In this document: positions 37,831 through 50,349 of the stretch, piece by piece | Layout of the letters: each line of letters opens with the position of its first letter | Position numbering within the stretch: position 1 is the stretch's first letter | Assembly (NCBI RefSeq): GCF_006345805.1 | Contig: NC_043003.1 | Location: 85,064,001-85,128,000, forward strand | Direction of reading: 5' to 3' | DNA from: Octopus sinensis | Lineage: Eukaryota | DNA length: 64,000 bases | Translations under genes and position numbers: made by a program | The notes under the pieces: generated by a model | The model's database searches: none | What the model saw: the letters and a program-made list of their open reading frames with translations, nothing else | What the model was told of the DNA's origin: nothing

Positions 37831-37831
37831 T
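37734..37831. repeat. (GATA)n array at the 5'-truncation junction of Tx1 copy 3
   Basis: Direct sequence. Confidence 0.97.
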
Positions 37832-37981
37832 AGGTGCAGCGTGCCTGTGTGGTAAGAATTTACTTCCCAGCCACATGGTCCCGGGTTCAGCCCTACTGCT
37901 TGGATCCTTGAGCAAGTGTCTTCCACTATAGCCCTGGGCAGACTTAAGTGACTTTGGTAGAGGAAAACTGAAAGACGCCCG

Positions 37982-38019
<38 letters not shown>

Positions 38020-38230
38020 GCACATGTGTTTGCGGGGAAAGGACGTGTGTGTGTTTCTTTGTATCTATGTTTGTCCTCCACTACTGCTTAACAACCGGTG
38101 TTGGTCTGTATGTCTCCTCGGCCAAAGAGACTGATGGGTTAAGTACCAGTTTTATAAGCGAGAAAATACTGAGGTCGATTCGTTCGACTAAATTTTCTGA
38201 ACGCATGACCGCAGTCTAATAGCTGAAACA
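37832..38230 (+). mobile_element. SINE family S2, diverged, with internal (TA)n
   Basis: ggtgcagcgtgcctgtgtggtaag..cccgggttcagccc..gcatgaccgcagtctaatagctgaaac. Confidence 0.75.
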
Positions 38231-38251
38231 GATTTTAAAAATTTAAATGTA

Positions 38252-38763
38252 CCGTAAATCCTCGAATATAGTCCGCCCTTGAATATAATACGCAAGGGAT
38301 TTTTAGGGGCTGTACGTCTGAAAAACCTAAACCTTGTGTATAATATGCACCCCTTCTCTAACTTGAATCAAGGAGGTCTATATAACATTCTTGGTTTGTA
38401 AAAATGTATACGGTAACGTCCTTTATAATTATTGTACATATAACAGAATGCAAACGTGTAGCTTTTTTGTGCATTTTGTTTGCAGGAAATAAAGAAATAA
38501 TAGTAATAGCGTTTAATAAATGTTGCTCACTGCAAGTTATGGATGATGCTTTTGACTTCATTTCTTTCAGGCTTAGCTTAAGGTATTTTCGCGCCCGACA
38601 TCAGAAAATGCGCCTGAATAAACATTGCCGGACAGTAAATAGAAACTCGGACATTGCTTAGAAAATAATTTTCATTTTTAACCTCGTATATAGTACGCAC
38701 TAGGGATTTTGACCTTTAAATTTTGGGGGAAAAAAAATGCGGTTTATACTCGAGGATTTACGG
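38252..38763. mobile_element. Tc1/mariner (pogo/Tigger-type) MITE, 512 bp, TA TSD
   Basis: TIRs CCGTAAATCCTCGAATATA / TATACTCGAGGATTTACGG (1 mismatch in 19), TA on both sides. Confidence 0.9.
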
Positions 38764-39039
38764 TATATACAGATTTGTTACATTTTGTATCCGACTCCGC
38801 CTAATGTAAACAACAATGCGATCGGAGATGGAAAAAATAGATAATGGTTGTATATGACATAATTCAGGAGCTTTTGCTCCTTCCTCAGTAGCACCCATCC
38901 AACCCATTAACCATCCACGAGCTCATTGCTTAAATAGCCACAAGATATAACAGAGTAACGCTGTTGGATATACCAATTTACATATTAAACGCATTCCTGG
39001 CAGCCAGTACGCACGCATAAATGACTTGTAGGGACACCT

Positions 39040-39230
39040 ACAAGTTATTTAGATGAATGAATGAAAGGATGGATGGATGGATGGATGGATGGAGGGAGGG
39101 AGGGATGGATGGATGGATGGATGGAGGGATGGAGGGATGGAGGGAGGGAGGGAGGGAGGGAGGGAGGGATGGACGGATGGACGGATGAATGAATGGATGG
39201 ATGGATGGATGGATGGATGGATGGATGGAT

Positions 39231-39261
<31 letters not shown>

Positions 39262-39395
39262 CGGATGAATGGATGGATGGATGGATGGATGGACGGATGA
39301 ATGGATGGATGGATGGAGGGATGGAGGGAGGGAGGGAGGGAGGGAGGGAGGGATGGACAGATGGACGGATGAATGGATGGACGGATGGATGGATC
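39040..39395. repeat. (GGAT)n/(GGAG)n array
   Basis: Direct sequence. Confidence 0.95.
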
Positions 39396-39773
39396 AAATG
39401 AGCAAACAGAGAGGTACTGGAATTTGATATCTTCCTATTAAATGGTCGATTACTTTGTTCTATATTTATAACTTTCTATTCATATTCCTGGCAGAAATAT
39501 TTCATTTCTACTTTTCTTTACCTTCCTTTCTTTCTTTCTTCCTTTCTTTCTTTCTTTATTTCTTTTTTCTTTTTTTTTCTTCTTTCCTTTCTTTAAGCAT
39601 ATATTTTTTATCGGATGTTTGTGTCACTAGGGATTACAGCGATTATCTTTACAAGTTCTGTGGTACTGCACATTGACAAGTCGTGACACGAAACACTTGA
39701 AACTAGTTTTGCCGGCACCAATGCTGGGTACTTAACAACGAGAATATATGCATTTATTTATAAGCGTTAGTGT

Positions 39774-39811
<38 letters not shown>

Positions 39812-39997
39812 ACATATGCACACATACATACACATGCACACGCATGTGTGTACATGTGTGTATGTATATGTATGTATGTTTGTGTGTACATATATATATA
39901 TATATATACATACCTATGTCCATATATATATATACATACGTACATACATACTCTCATTCGAGAGTATGTGCATACATACATACCATATATTATACTC

Positions 39998-40325
39998 GTG
40001 AGGGCGCGTGGCTTAGTGGTTAGGGCATTCGGCTCATGATCGTAAGGTTGTGAGTTCAATTCCCGGCGACGCGTTGTGTCCTTGAGCAAGACACTTTATT
40101 TCACGTTGCTCCAGTCCACTCAGCTGGCAAAAATGAGTTGTACTTGTATTTCAAAGGGTCAGCCTTGTCACTCTCTGTGTCACGCTGATTATCCCCGAGA
40201 ACTACGTTAAGGGTACACGTGTCTGTGGAATGCTCAGCCATTTGCACGTTAATTTCACGAGCAAGCTGTTCCGTTGATCGTATCAGCTGGGACCCTCGTC
40301 GTCGTAACCGGCGGAGTAAAGAAGA
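39998..40325 (+). mobile_element. tRNA-derived SINE family S3 (second head at about 40410-40510)
   Basis: gggcgcgtggcttagtggttaggg A-box, gtgagttcaattccc B-box, gtgtccttgagcaagacacttt. Confidence 0.85.
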
Positions 40326-40380
40326 AGATATTATACTCACACATACACACACAGATATATATATATATATAAATTTGTGT

Positions 40381-40411
<31 letters not shown>

Positions 40412-41069
40412 GTTAGAGTATTCGACTCACAGTCGTAAGGTTGTGAGTTCGATTAATTCCAAGACGTTGTGTCCTTGAGCAAAACACTTTATTTCACGGT
40501 GCTCCAGCCCACTCCAAAGTTAAAGCAAAAAAAAAAATTCTTGAGAACCCAAATAGTCTTTCCTTCCTTGATGCCAAGTTTGAAGAAAATATCTTTTTTG
40601 CATTTTCCTTTTTTGTTCTCTTAAATATATTGCATTTTGTGGCATTATTTCAAGCCAAGCGGCTTTTCTGTGCAAACTGCACGAGCATTTTTTATTGCGT
40701 ATGCGTAGTATCGATCGTAACAGCTGATGTACTTGCGAGTACAAATACACATTCCACGGTTTTATCGATCGCATTCTCACCTGGAATCGATTTTGGTAAT
40801 TTTTTCAAGACTTATACACGCCCTGATACCGTTGGTATCTACATTATCAAATTGAGCGCAATCGGATGGAGGATGTCCGAGATCCTAGAAGACACACACT
40901 CACAGAACGGATTTTATATGATATATATATATATATATATATATATATTGATGTCTTCTACTAAAAACAAAAAGAATTTATAGCTTCATGTTTTCTTCGA
41001 AATCCACTATTCCAAAAAATGAATCATTTCATGTTCTCTCGAAAGTTTATAAAATTCTTGTGAAATCAA

Positions 41070-41149
41070 GAAAATAATTTTCATTTTTAACCTCGTATAT
41101 AGCACGCACTAGGGATTTTGACATTTAAATTATACTCGAGGATTTACGG
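41070..41149. mobile_element. Isolated right end of the same pogo-type MITE
   Basis: Matches about 38660-38763 including TIR tatactcgaggatttacgg + TA. Confidence 0.85.
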
Positions 41150-41844
41150 TATGCCTATATTTTTCTAGGAATACATCATTTCTGCGAGTCTTTTGTTTAT
41201 TCACAAGTTGGTTCCCCAAAACATGTTGCTCTTTCTCTAAACCTCCTTTTGATGCACCGCCTTTTCTCTTTCTCTCATCAACTATTTCTTCGCCCAAGCT
41301 TTTGTATGCGTATTCATACTTCTACTTATTTTAGTTCTGGACTGCGATTTTGCTGACGCATCGCCTTCTGATTTTAAATCGGTTTGCGTCTTATAGTTTA
41401 CTGTTTATGAAGTAACTATTCAGCTTTAGTTAATTTGGGTCGCAACTGAACAAGATAGACGACTCATAACAAATGCGTGTTGAGTACTTTCGTATCTTAC
41501 ACAAGACTTCATCTGAAAATGACCATATATTTTTAAAAACAACTTTTTCGGAAGCTTGTTCTGCAATGGCTGTGAATTTAATAACTTTTTGGTTTAGTAA
41601 ATGGCACTTATACAATGTACTTACTTCAGTTTTTAACACATGGTCTCAGACCCAGCCATTTGTTAGACAAAGACAACTTCGAAAAACTCTTATGCTAAAT
41701 TTTAACTCCTCAGCTTTGTGGTCACGTATGTATGTATGTATGTATGTATGTATGTATGTATGTATGTATGTATGTATGTATGTATGTATGTATGTATGTA
41801 TGTATGCATGTATGTATGCATGACTGTGTGCGTTGCGCCTAGAG

Positions 41845-42130
41845 AGTTACCCCCATCCCCAAGACACAAGTACATGCAAGTTTGTTAATGGAAGACCAGA
41901 AGTTTCCCATGCATACCAGCCACCCCTCTCCACGCTACCAATGTTGTCCAGGGGAAAGGCAAAGGCCGATACAGCTTGGCACCAGTGACATTGCAACTCA
42001 TTTCTACATCTCAGTGAAGTGGAGCAACATCAAATAAAGTGTCTTGCTCACAAACATAATACACGGCCCAGTCCGGGATTCGAACTCATTACCTCATGAC
42101 TGTGAACTCCACGCACTAACCACTGAAACT
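41845..42130 (-). mobile_element. SINE family S4
   Basis: gggaaaggcaaaggccgatacagcttggcacc..gggattcgaactc (B-box). Confidence 0.8.
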
Positions 42131-42289
42131 TGCTTGAGTCTTTGCTTATAGGAGATAGGCCCTAACATGCAGTTTCAATGACTATTAGTTATCGTAACTC
42201 AGAAAGCCGCTTGTTTTCGTGGGATTAACGTATGACTGACTTTATTTATTAACGTTTCTTGCTTGGTTACGTCATGTATCACAAGAAAG

Positions 42290-42886
42290 CTATATTGGCA
42301 GACACGATAGCGCGCCGGGCGAAATGTTTAGCGGTATTTCGTCGGTCGTTACGTTCTGAGTTCAATTTCCGCCGAGGTCGACTTTGCCTTTCATCCTTTC
42401 GGGGTCGATAAATTAAGTACCAGTTATGCACTGGGGGTCGATGTAATCGACTTAATCCGTTTGTCTGTCCTTGTTTGTCCTCTCTGTATTTAGCCCCTTG
42501 TGGGTAGTAAAGAAATAGGTATTTCGTCTGTCGTTACGTTCTGAGTTCAATTTCCGCCGAGGTCGACTTTGCCTTTCATCCTTTCAGGGTCGATAAATAA
42601 AGTGCCAGTTTCGCACTGGGGTCGATGTAATCGACTTAATCCGTTTGTCTGTCCTTGTTTGTCCTCTCTGTATTTAGCCCCTTGTGGGTAGTAAAGAAAT
42701 AGGTATTTCGTCTGTCGTTACGTTCTGAGTTCAATTTCCGCCGAGGTCGACTTTGCCTTTCATCCTTTCAGGGTCGATAAATAAAGTGCCAGTTTCGCAC
42801 TGGGGTCGATGTAATCGACTTAATCCCTTTGTCTGTCCTTGTTTGTCCCCTCTATGTTTAACCCCTTGTGGGAAATAAAAGAAATA
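42290..42886 (+). mobile_element. SINE S1 head followed by three tandem about 184-bp body units
   Basis: Units start ggtatttcgtc at 42333, 42518 and 42702. Confidence 0.9.
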
Positions 42887-42929
42887 TATATTACTAAAGG
42901 AGTAAGATTTTCAGAAACAAGCATACATG

Positions 42930-43720
<791 letters not shown>

Positions 43721-44329
43721 ACGGAGGAGGCACCGTTAATCAAAGAGTTAACATCGTTTATCGTTAATCCGTTAACCAAAAAGTTAATCGTTAATCCGTT
43801 AATTCTTTGAAAATATAACCGAAGTTAAAGTTAATCCGTTAACGCTAACGTTTATTGAAAAAGGCATATCTCCAGTTTAATACCCCACGGATTTTGTTGC
43901 CTCATAACTTCCAGAAAAATACATACATTTTAACGAAACTTTCACCAAATAATCGCTTACATCCTGTAGATTGAGTGTATCTAACGATTTGATGGACAAA
44001 CGTTTTTCAAGAGGTTGGAGAGAGGAGTTTCAGAAAATTCACAGGACCCGACATTTCTCCCGGCCCCCTAACTTTCTAGAAAATAGGTATTTTTTAAGGA
44101 AATTTTTATACAAGTACCTTTCAGACGATGTAGACTACGATTACACAGAAATCTGTAGGCAAAATGTTTGGAAGAGGGCTGAGGATGGAGTTTCTGGAAA
44201 ATGGAGTTTCGGATCAGACGGCCCACATAAGTTCTAATTACTCCGTTTTGACGGTGATTTTTTTCCCATGTTTTTCACCAAACTCTTCGGAATGATAGGG
44301 GGAAGGGGCATCTTTTCACGCAAAAAAGA

Positions 44330-44705
44330 AAAAAAATTTGAAAATTTTGGGGGAGGGGGATAGTTGATTACATCAACCCCAGTACTCGAAGCTACTTTTT
44401 CCATCGACCCCGAAAGGGTGAAAGGCAAAGTTGACCTCGGCGGAATTTAACTCAGAGCGTAGCGAAGGGCAAAATACCTATTTCTTTACTACCCACAAGG
44501 GGCTAAACACAGAGAGGACAAACAAGGACAGACAAACGGATTAAGTCGATTACATCGACCCCAGTGCATAACTGGTACTTAATTTATCGACCCCGAAAGG
44601 ATGACAGGCAAAGTCGACCTCGGCGGAATTTGAATTCAGAACGTAACGGTAGACGAAATACGGCTAAGCATTTCGCACGGCGTGCTAACGTTTCTGCCAG
44701 CTCGC
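44330..44705 (-). mobile_element. SINE S1 with one full and one partial tandem body unit
   Basis: Same unit junction (gtagtaaagaaata-ggtattt) as 42290-42886. Confidence 0.85.
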
Positions 44706-45578
44706 CAATACTTATGCTTTGTGTACGTCCGAATTTGCATTCGATGCTGCCGACGATCTGCAAACGTTGTAATGCAAGGGAAATAACCATTGTTATTATT
44801 ATTATTCCCAAGTAATTACGTCCCTTGAGTCATTAATGATTCTTTTCACTCATTTTCCGTCTCTTTTTCGTTTGTTTTTGTTTTTTGTTTTTTTTGTATT
44901 CAGAATATCGTCTGCCATCTTTTTTTCATACAACGAATATAGCTGGTATATTAATACTATACAATATTCGATTGAATTATTTCTAAGATTCCTAACATTC
45001 AGTATGACACCATTTGGATGCCATTAATACTAATTATTCTATTAAAAGAAATATTTTGTCAGAGCCCAGTATAGCCACAGATTCCTAACCACATTTTTCC
45101 ATGTTCAGATCCACGGCATGGCAGCTTGCGCAAATGTCTTTTACTATAGCACCAGAACTTATGTGTGTATGTATACATGCATACATGTATCTATGTATGT
45201 AATTGTTCAGTTTTATTTCAAAATTTCTTGGCAATAGAGAAAGAGTAGGTTTCTAACTTAGATCCAAAGCTCCTTCATTGGAATCACAACATCAACATGG
45301 TATTTTTGTTTGTTTGTATGTATGTATGTATGTATGTATGTTAAACCTCTGCCACCTTGTTTACGTTTTAGGTAGAGGCGGTCTACATCGCTGTTTATTT
45401 TGTGAAAAAAAAAAAACGGAGGAGGCAGACGAAGTCCATGGAAGAAATCACTCAGGTCCTACAAAATGTAAAGAATATTTAATTCATCAGAGTTATAACC
45501 CTTGTATTTGGGATTTAGAGAAAAAAAAGTCCACCCTACTGACACCATGATGTCCTTTTTTTTTTTTTTTCGTATTTT

Positions 45579-46421
45579 TCAAACCACATTAGTGTCCAGA
45601 GGGCAGCTGATATCCACAACAAAACATATGTGGCCGCACACAACAATATCTAGCCGGTTGTATTTTAACTTGGTGGCTGTTTTAATTTTTAACTTCCACC
45701 AATATTCTTTCGATACTTTGGTTTCAATAAAGTCAACTTTGTCTATAGGTGTTTTCTTTTTTGTTATCTTGCACCAGATGGTTCTAACCAGCGCATCATG
45801 CCTCACGAGAAAGTATCTGAAAGACATTCTATCGTAAAGTATACTAGCCATCTCAATATGGCTAACCACTAAGGGTGGGTGTTACTGTAGCTTGTAGCCC
45901 CAGGGGATCATCGTCTCCAGCTGGCTTTAGGCATACTTTCTGTGCCCTTATGGTATTTGCAAAGGGAGGTCATCCCTCTCTGGTAAACCTAAGTGATACG
46001 CACGGACTGCAGTTTCGAGGTATTTGCCTCTTGTCAACGTACGGCAATCACCGGTTTTCGATGAGGGGGATCTTTTTGCAAATATTTATATAATGTTTTT
46101 CCCAGTAACTTCCGTCACTGATTTCGAAAAACTGTCTGCAAGCAATAATAAATCTCTGAACGAGATGTAAACAGTAACCGCTCGACAACGTAAAGTATAC
46201 TAGACATCTCAATATGGCTAACCACTAAGGGTGGGTGTTACTGTAGCTTTTAGCCCCAGGAGATCATCGTTATCAATAATGTGGTTGGTGTCTTCAGTTT
46301 TGGTCTTGCACAGCCTACATTTGCTGTCTGTCAATGTTTTCTGCCTTTTATAGTGCAGGCTCTTGGTGAGGATCTCTTGTTCATGAATTACATGGAGGTA
46401 TCCTTCTAAGTGGGATGTCAT
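45579..46421 (-). mobile_element. R4/Dong-like LINE zinc-knuckle/RLE fragment split by an about 430-bp insert (45836-46275)
   Basis: EGYLHVIHEQEILTK..CRLCKTKTEDTNHII, then insert, then RMSFRYFLVRHDALVR..KYNRLDIVV..VVDISCPLDTNV. Confidence 0.75.
45836..46275 (-). mobile_element. Penelope-like remnant with partial tandem (pseudo-LTR-type) duplication
   Basis: About 70-bp segment repeated at 45836 and 46192; homologous to 61530-61821; clade inferred from architecture. Confidence 0.45.
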
Positions 46422-47106
46422 AAATTTGTCAGTATTTCATACCAAGTTTTTGACATGATCAATTCCTACTGTGATTTGTGTTTTTCGTGCCAAGTACCCG
46501 TGTACAATCTTCTCGCTGGTTTATTCTCCTGCGCGCGTAAGCGAAAGCAGGGCATTGTAATCACTCACTTTGTCTGTTTGTGTGTTTGCATAATTACAGG
46601 AAAACGGCTGAATGGATTTTCACCAAATTTGGCAGAAATACTCACTGGCTGAGCGGCTCGAAATGATGAACGATAGATTTGATTATCTTGAAAAAAAAAA
46701 TTTTTTTTAATAAATAAAAATTTATTAAATCGAACTTATAAATTTCCCGATAAACAAGTGGTCATATTATTTTGTTCACTTTCTGTTTTGACCCTCGTCG
46801 GCGTGTGCTTAGATCATGGTCTACCTATGCGCATAGACACGTGTGGGTACATACGTACATATATAATACATACATACGTACCATACCATACCATACCATA
46901 CATACATATACGACTCTGTGTGTGTGTGTGTGTGTGTGTGCGTATGTACAGTGATGGATTCGAGGGTTTCATATCTATTATTTTGATACTTAAAAAAAAA
47001 TGAATTCGGTTTATTTAAAAAGCAAGGGTAAGCAATTAATTGTAAACCACACTCTAATTTGCGAAAAAATTATCCGCGCGTAGGATGAGCATCACCCCTC
47101 TGAAGC

Positions 47107-47172
<66 letters not shown>

Positions 47173-47289
47173 CTTCTGATAAATAGATTTTACCAGTGCT
47201 CCACAGGTGGGGGGGATCTGTATCAGCTCTTATTTCATATCACTCCTCAAATTTATTACTCGTCTCTCTCTTCTGTTGCAGATGTTATT

Positions 47290-47940
47290 TTGGTATTACA
47301 ATACGTGCTTTATGTGACATCAATACAGATCTGAGACCATGGCTACCATCATTGCGTGGGAAGTAAATCCTATCTACAACTCCACTGATGTTGATGTTTC
47401 CTCTAACACTGAGCAGATGGCAAGCTTAAACATCTATTTCACTGAGTTCTTGTGATGACCAGTTCAGAAAGCCAAACATAGGTGTAAAGACAGGACCTAC
47501 AAAAGTGTGTGGGCAATATGCCTGTTGCAAGCTGTGGATTCTAATGACCGTATTTATTTTCCTGCAGTATTCATTCCCGGTCCTTATTTATGGGTACGTC
47601 ATATCTGACATTCCCATTTCGTCCAAGATACCTATGATTATCACCTGACTGTATAGGTTGTATTTTCCGGCCGTTCGTTTTTAAGTTTCAGAGGAGGCAC
47701 ATCTTTTCCATCAAATTTGACATATTGTCCACGTTTGGACTCGTCAAATTTCAATCCAATATCTATAGAAAATTAGGTAACGAGGTTATTTTTTATGTGG
47801 TTGATATTTAGCTTATTCAGTTTCGAGTCGTCAACAAAGAAAAGATAGGAAGTACTACTGGATCCATTTCTATGGCCACTATATTTTCTGAGAAAATATG
47901 ATAGTGGGCTTAATGAGAAGATAGAGAGCAAAGCTAAGAA
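47290..47940 (-). mobile_element. R4/Dong-like RT remnant
   Basis: Minus strand FFVDDSKL, FSIDIGLKF, FTPMFGFLNWSSQELSEID, VDRIYFPRNDGSHGLRSV. Confidence 0.65.
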
Positions 47941-47959
47941 GATATCACCTTGAAAGTTG

Positions 47960-48092
47960 TATGTATGTTCAGTTTATTTCAAGGTTTCTTGCCAATAGAA
48001 AAAGAGCCGGTTTCTAACCTTGATTCAAGGCTCCTTCATTGGAATTTCAACATCAGCAACAGGGTATTTTTGTTTGTTCATATGTATGTATG

Positions 48093-48126
<34 letters not shown>

Positions 48127-48194
48127 TGTATGTATGTATGTATGTATGTATGTATGCATAGGTAAGTATACATGTATGTATATGTGTAGATTTG

Positions 48195-48228
<34 letters not shown>

Positions 48229-49375
48229 CGTATGTATGTATTCTCATGCATATAAAGACATGCTCACATATGTGTATGTATGCTCATATATATGTATGTA
48301 TGTATGTATATATTCTCATGTATATATAGACATGTTCATGTATATTTAAATGATAAACTCCTGGAAAGTTTTACAGATTTTTACAGTTCCAGTGATGGAT
48401 TGGATCTGTAGTCTTCGAATTAGCTTACTCGTTTCTGGTTTTGAGAAGCCTAATTTCTCAAGATTGATATTTAGGCAGTGTGTTACATATCCCACAACCC
48501 CAATAATTACAGGTGTAAGTCTGAACTTGATTTCTCAATAGTTCAGTATAGGTGTTCTCTTTTTCACTGACCTCCGGCTTTATGTCAACATCCGCTGTTC
48601 AGCAAATTTCCACAACAGTGCATAGTTTCTCTTCTCTATCCCAAATCATTATATCAGGTCTGTTGTGCTTACATAGTACTCCTTTTCATTATGAGTGGCT
48701 ATGGCTTCTACCATATAGTGGGTTTTATTTCTTTGTCCTTGGCGTTAATCTTCCCGAAGGATTTCCTTATAGAATGTCCTAGCTACAGCATCATGTCTCA
48801 TCGCTAGATTATACCGTAATGACATTTTCGGATAACTGCTTATGATGTGAGTGATATCTTCGATGTTAACTCCACAAAGTCTGCATCGGCTGTCACATTT
48901 TACAGCTTTTCCTGCGTCTCTATCCCTTTTGTGCATCAGGTACTTGGTTGATATTTCCTGTTCCTGGATTGCAAACGCATACTCTTCAAAGTGGGAGGTA
49001 GTAATCCGGCTATTCTTCCATAATCAACTGCTTTCATGTTAGTATCATCCCGGAGCTTTCTACTAACATATCCATGCGTAGTTTGCTCATGTAGGCTCGT
49101 CCTTTCATCTGATGATATGTTGCGGTACAGTCGTGCGACTTCTTTGGGCATGTATTCTTGGTTATCAGACAAAGAATGTTGCTCAAGGAGCTGCCTTCCA
49201 AGTTTTATGATGTTATCAGCCTCATGTATGCAAACTTCGACACTTGGTGGTTAAATGATGTTATCGAGGGAATATGATATGACATTCAAAGGCATTTTGG
49301 ATCGATGTTAAACCTCTACCGCCTTGTTTTCGCTTTAGGTAGAAGTGGTCTACAACACTGTTTAAGTAGAATTTA
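47960..49375 (-). mobile_element. R4/Dong-like LINE 3' portion (same subfamily as 160-1385), ending in CATA repeats
   Basis: FYLKRKQGGRGL; AFAIQEQEISTKYL; CRLCGVNIEDITHIISS..RHDAVA; SITGTVKICKTFQEF; 3' UTR also present at about 45210-45310. Confidence 0.85.
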
Positions 49376-49449
49376 TGTGTGCTTATTAGTATTTTTCAGG
49401 TTTTCACATCAATGACTCGGATCTCATCAAGCAGGCCATGATGCATGAT

Positions 49450-50050
49450 GAAGAAAAATTGCAGGTGATTTTCGATGTCCATTCTTTGCTTATAATGAAA
49501 GCTAACAGTGCAAGAAACATTGGAATGAGCGAGAGAAATTTAGAAAGGAGAGCGTTTAGTCGCTATGGCAGGGGCAAGGAAAAATTACATTAGAAATAGG
49601 CTGTACATGAAAAGTTCTGGAAAGGGATGAAATGGGCGGACCCCAAAAGCTCGGCTCCGAAATGGGATCAACTATATCCTGGTTGACAAAGTTAGCATAT
49701 TGCAAGACGTCTCAGTCGTAGCGCCATTCAACAGCATCGAGCACTATTTGCTACAGACAACATTCGTCATCGATAGGAAGTCAGAGAAAGTAGCATTGCA
49801 CATCTCTATGAAGAACCAATGAATCAAGATCTTCGACGTGACGCAATTACAGGATGCTCTCAGAAAGAAGACTTGGAGTCGGCTTAAAGAAATCGATGAA
49901 GGTTATGACTCACTCGTCCAGAAAAATAAATACTTGATGTGTAACTGTAAATCAAAACAGTGGATCGGCAGAAGCCGAATGGAAAGAACCCAAAGAAGGC
50001 AAGGAAAATACTAGAAAATACCTGAAGTTTTACACACTCACTAAAACGAA
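49450..50050 (+). mobile_element. RTE-clade LINE endonuclease/linker remnant
   Basis: INYILVDK..LQDVSVVAPFN..EH.LL matches the RTE IDYIL..DV.V..SDH.L pattern. Confidence 0.55.
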
Positions 50051-50349
50051 CGAATTCATCAGACAACCAAATATAATAATTACAGGGTCACCCTACTCTG
50101 AATCTCCTGAAGCATAGCTTTATTATTAAGAAAAGTTCGTTTCATAACGTCGTAATTTCTGCACCTTTGGAATTATTTTCTATAAAAGCCTTGTATGAAA
50201 TCTTGTTGATAGATACAGCATTTATCTTTCTTTTCCGACACATACATTAGAGTCCACTAACAATTTTCTATAACAAGGAATACCAAAAATCTATATTCTA
50301 GTCCCTCTCCTATAATAATTATTATTTCTAAATTCAGCATAAAGCCAGA

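Noticed and set aside
38790-39030. Non-repeat-looking segment with short open frames on the minus strand
   Set aside because: Frames are short with inconsistent splice phases and no recognisable homology.
40520-40780. Cys-containing frame (CICTRKYISC..AVC) on the minus strand, vaguely protease-inhibitor-like
   Set aside because: In-frame stops upstream, no usable acceptor in that frame and no full Kazal cysteine pattern.
42333-42886. Regularly spaced repeats resembling a CRISPR array
   Set aside because: Units are full-length tandem copies without unique spacers, in eukaryotic DNA with no cas genes.
47281-47361. Strong-looking acceptor and open exon (CYFGITIRALCDINTDLRPWLPSLRG) on the plus strand
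   Set aside because: It is the antisense of an R4-like RT segment (VDRIYFPRNDGSHGLRSV).
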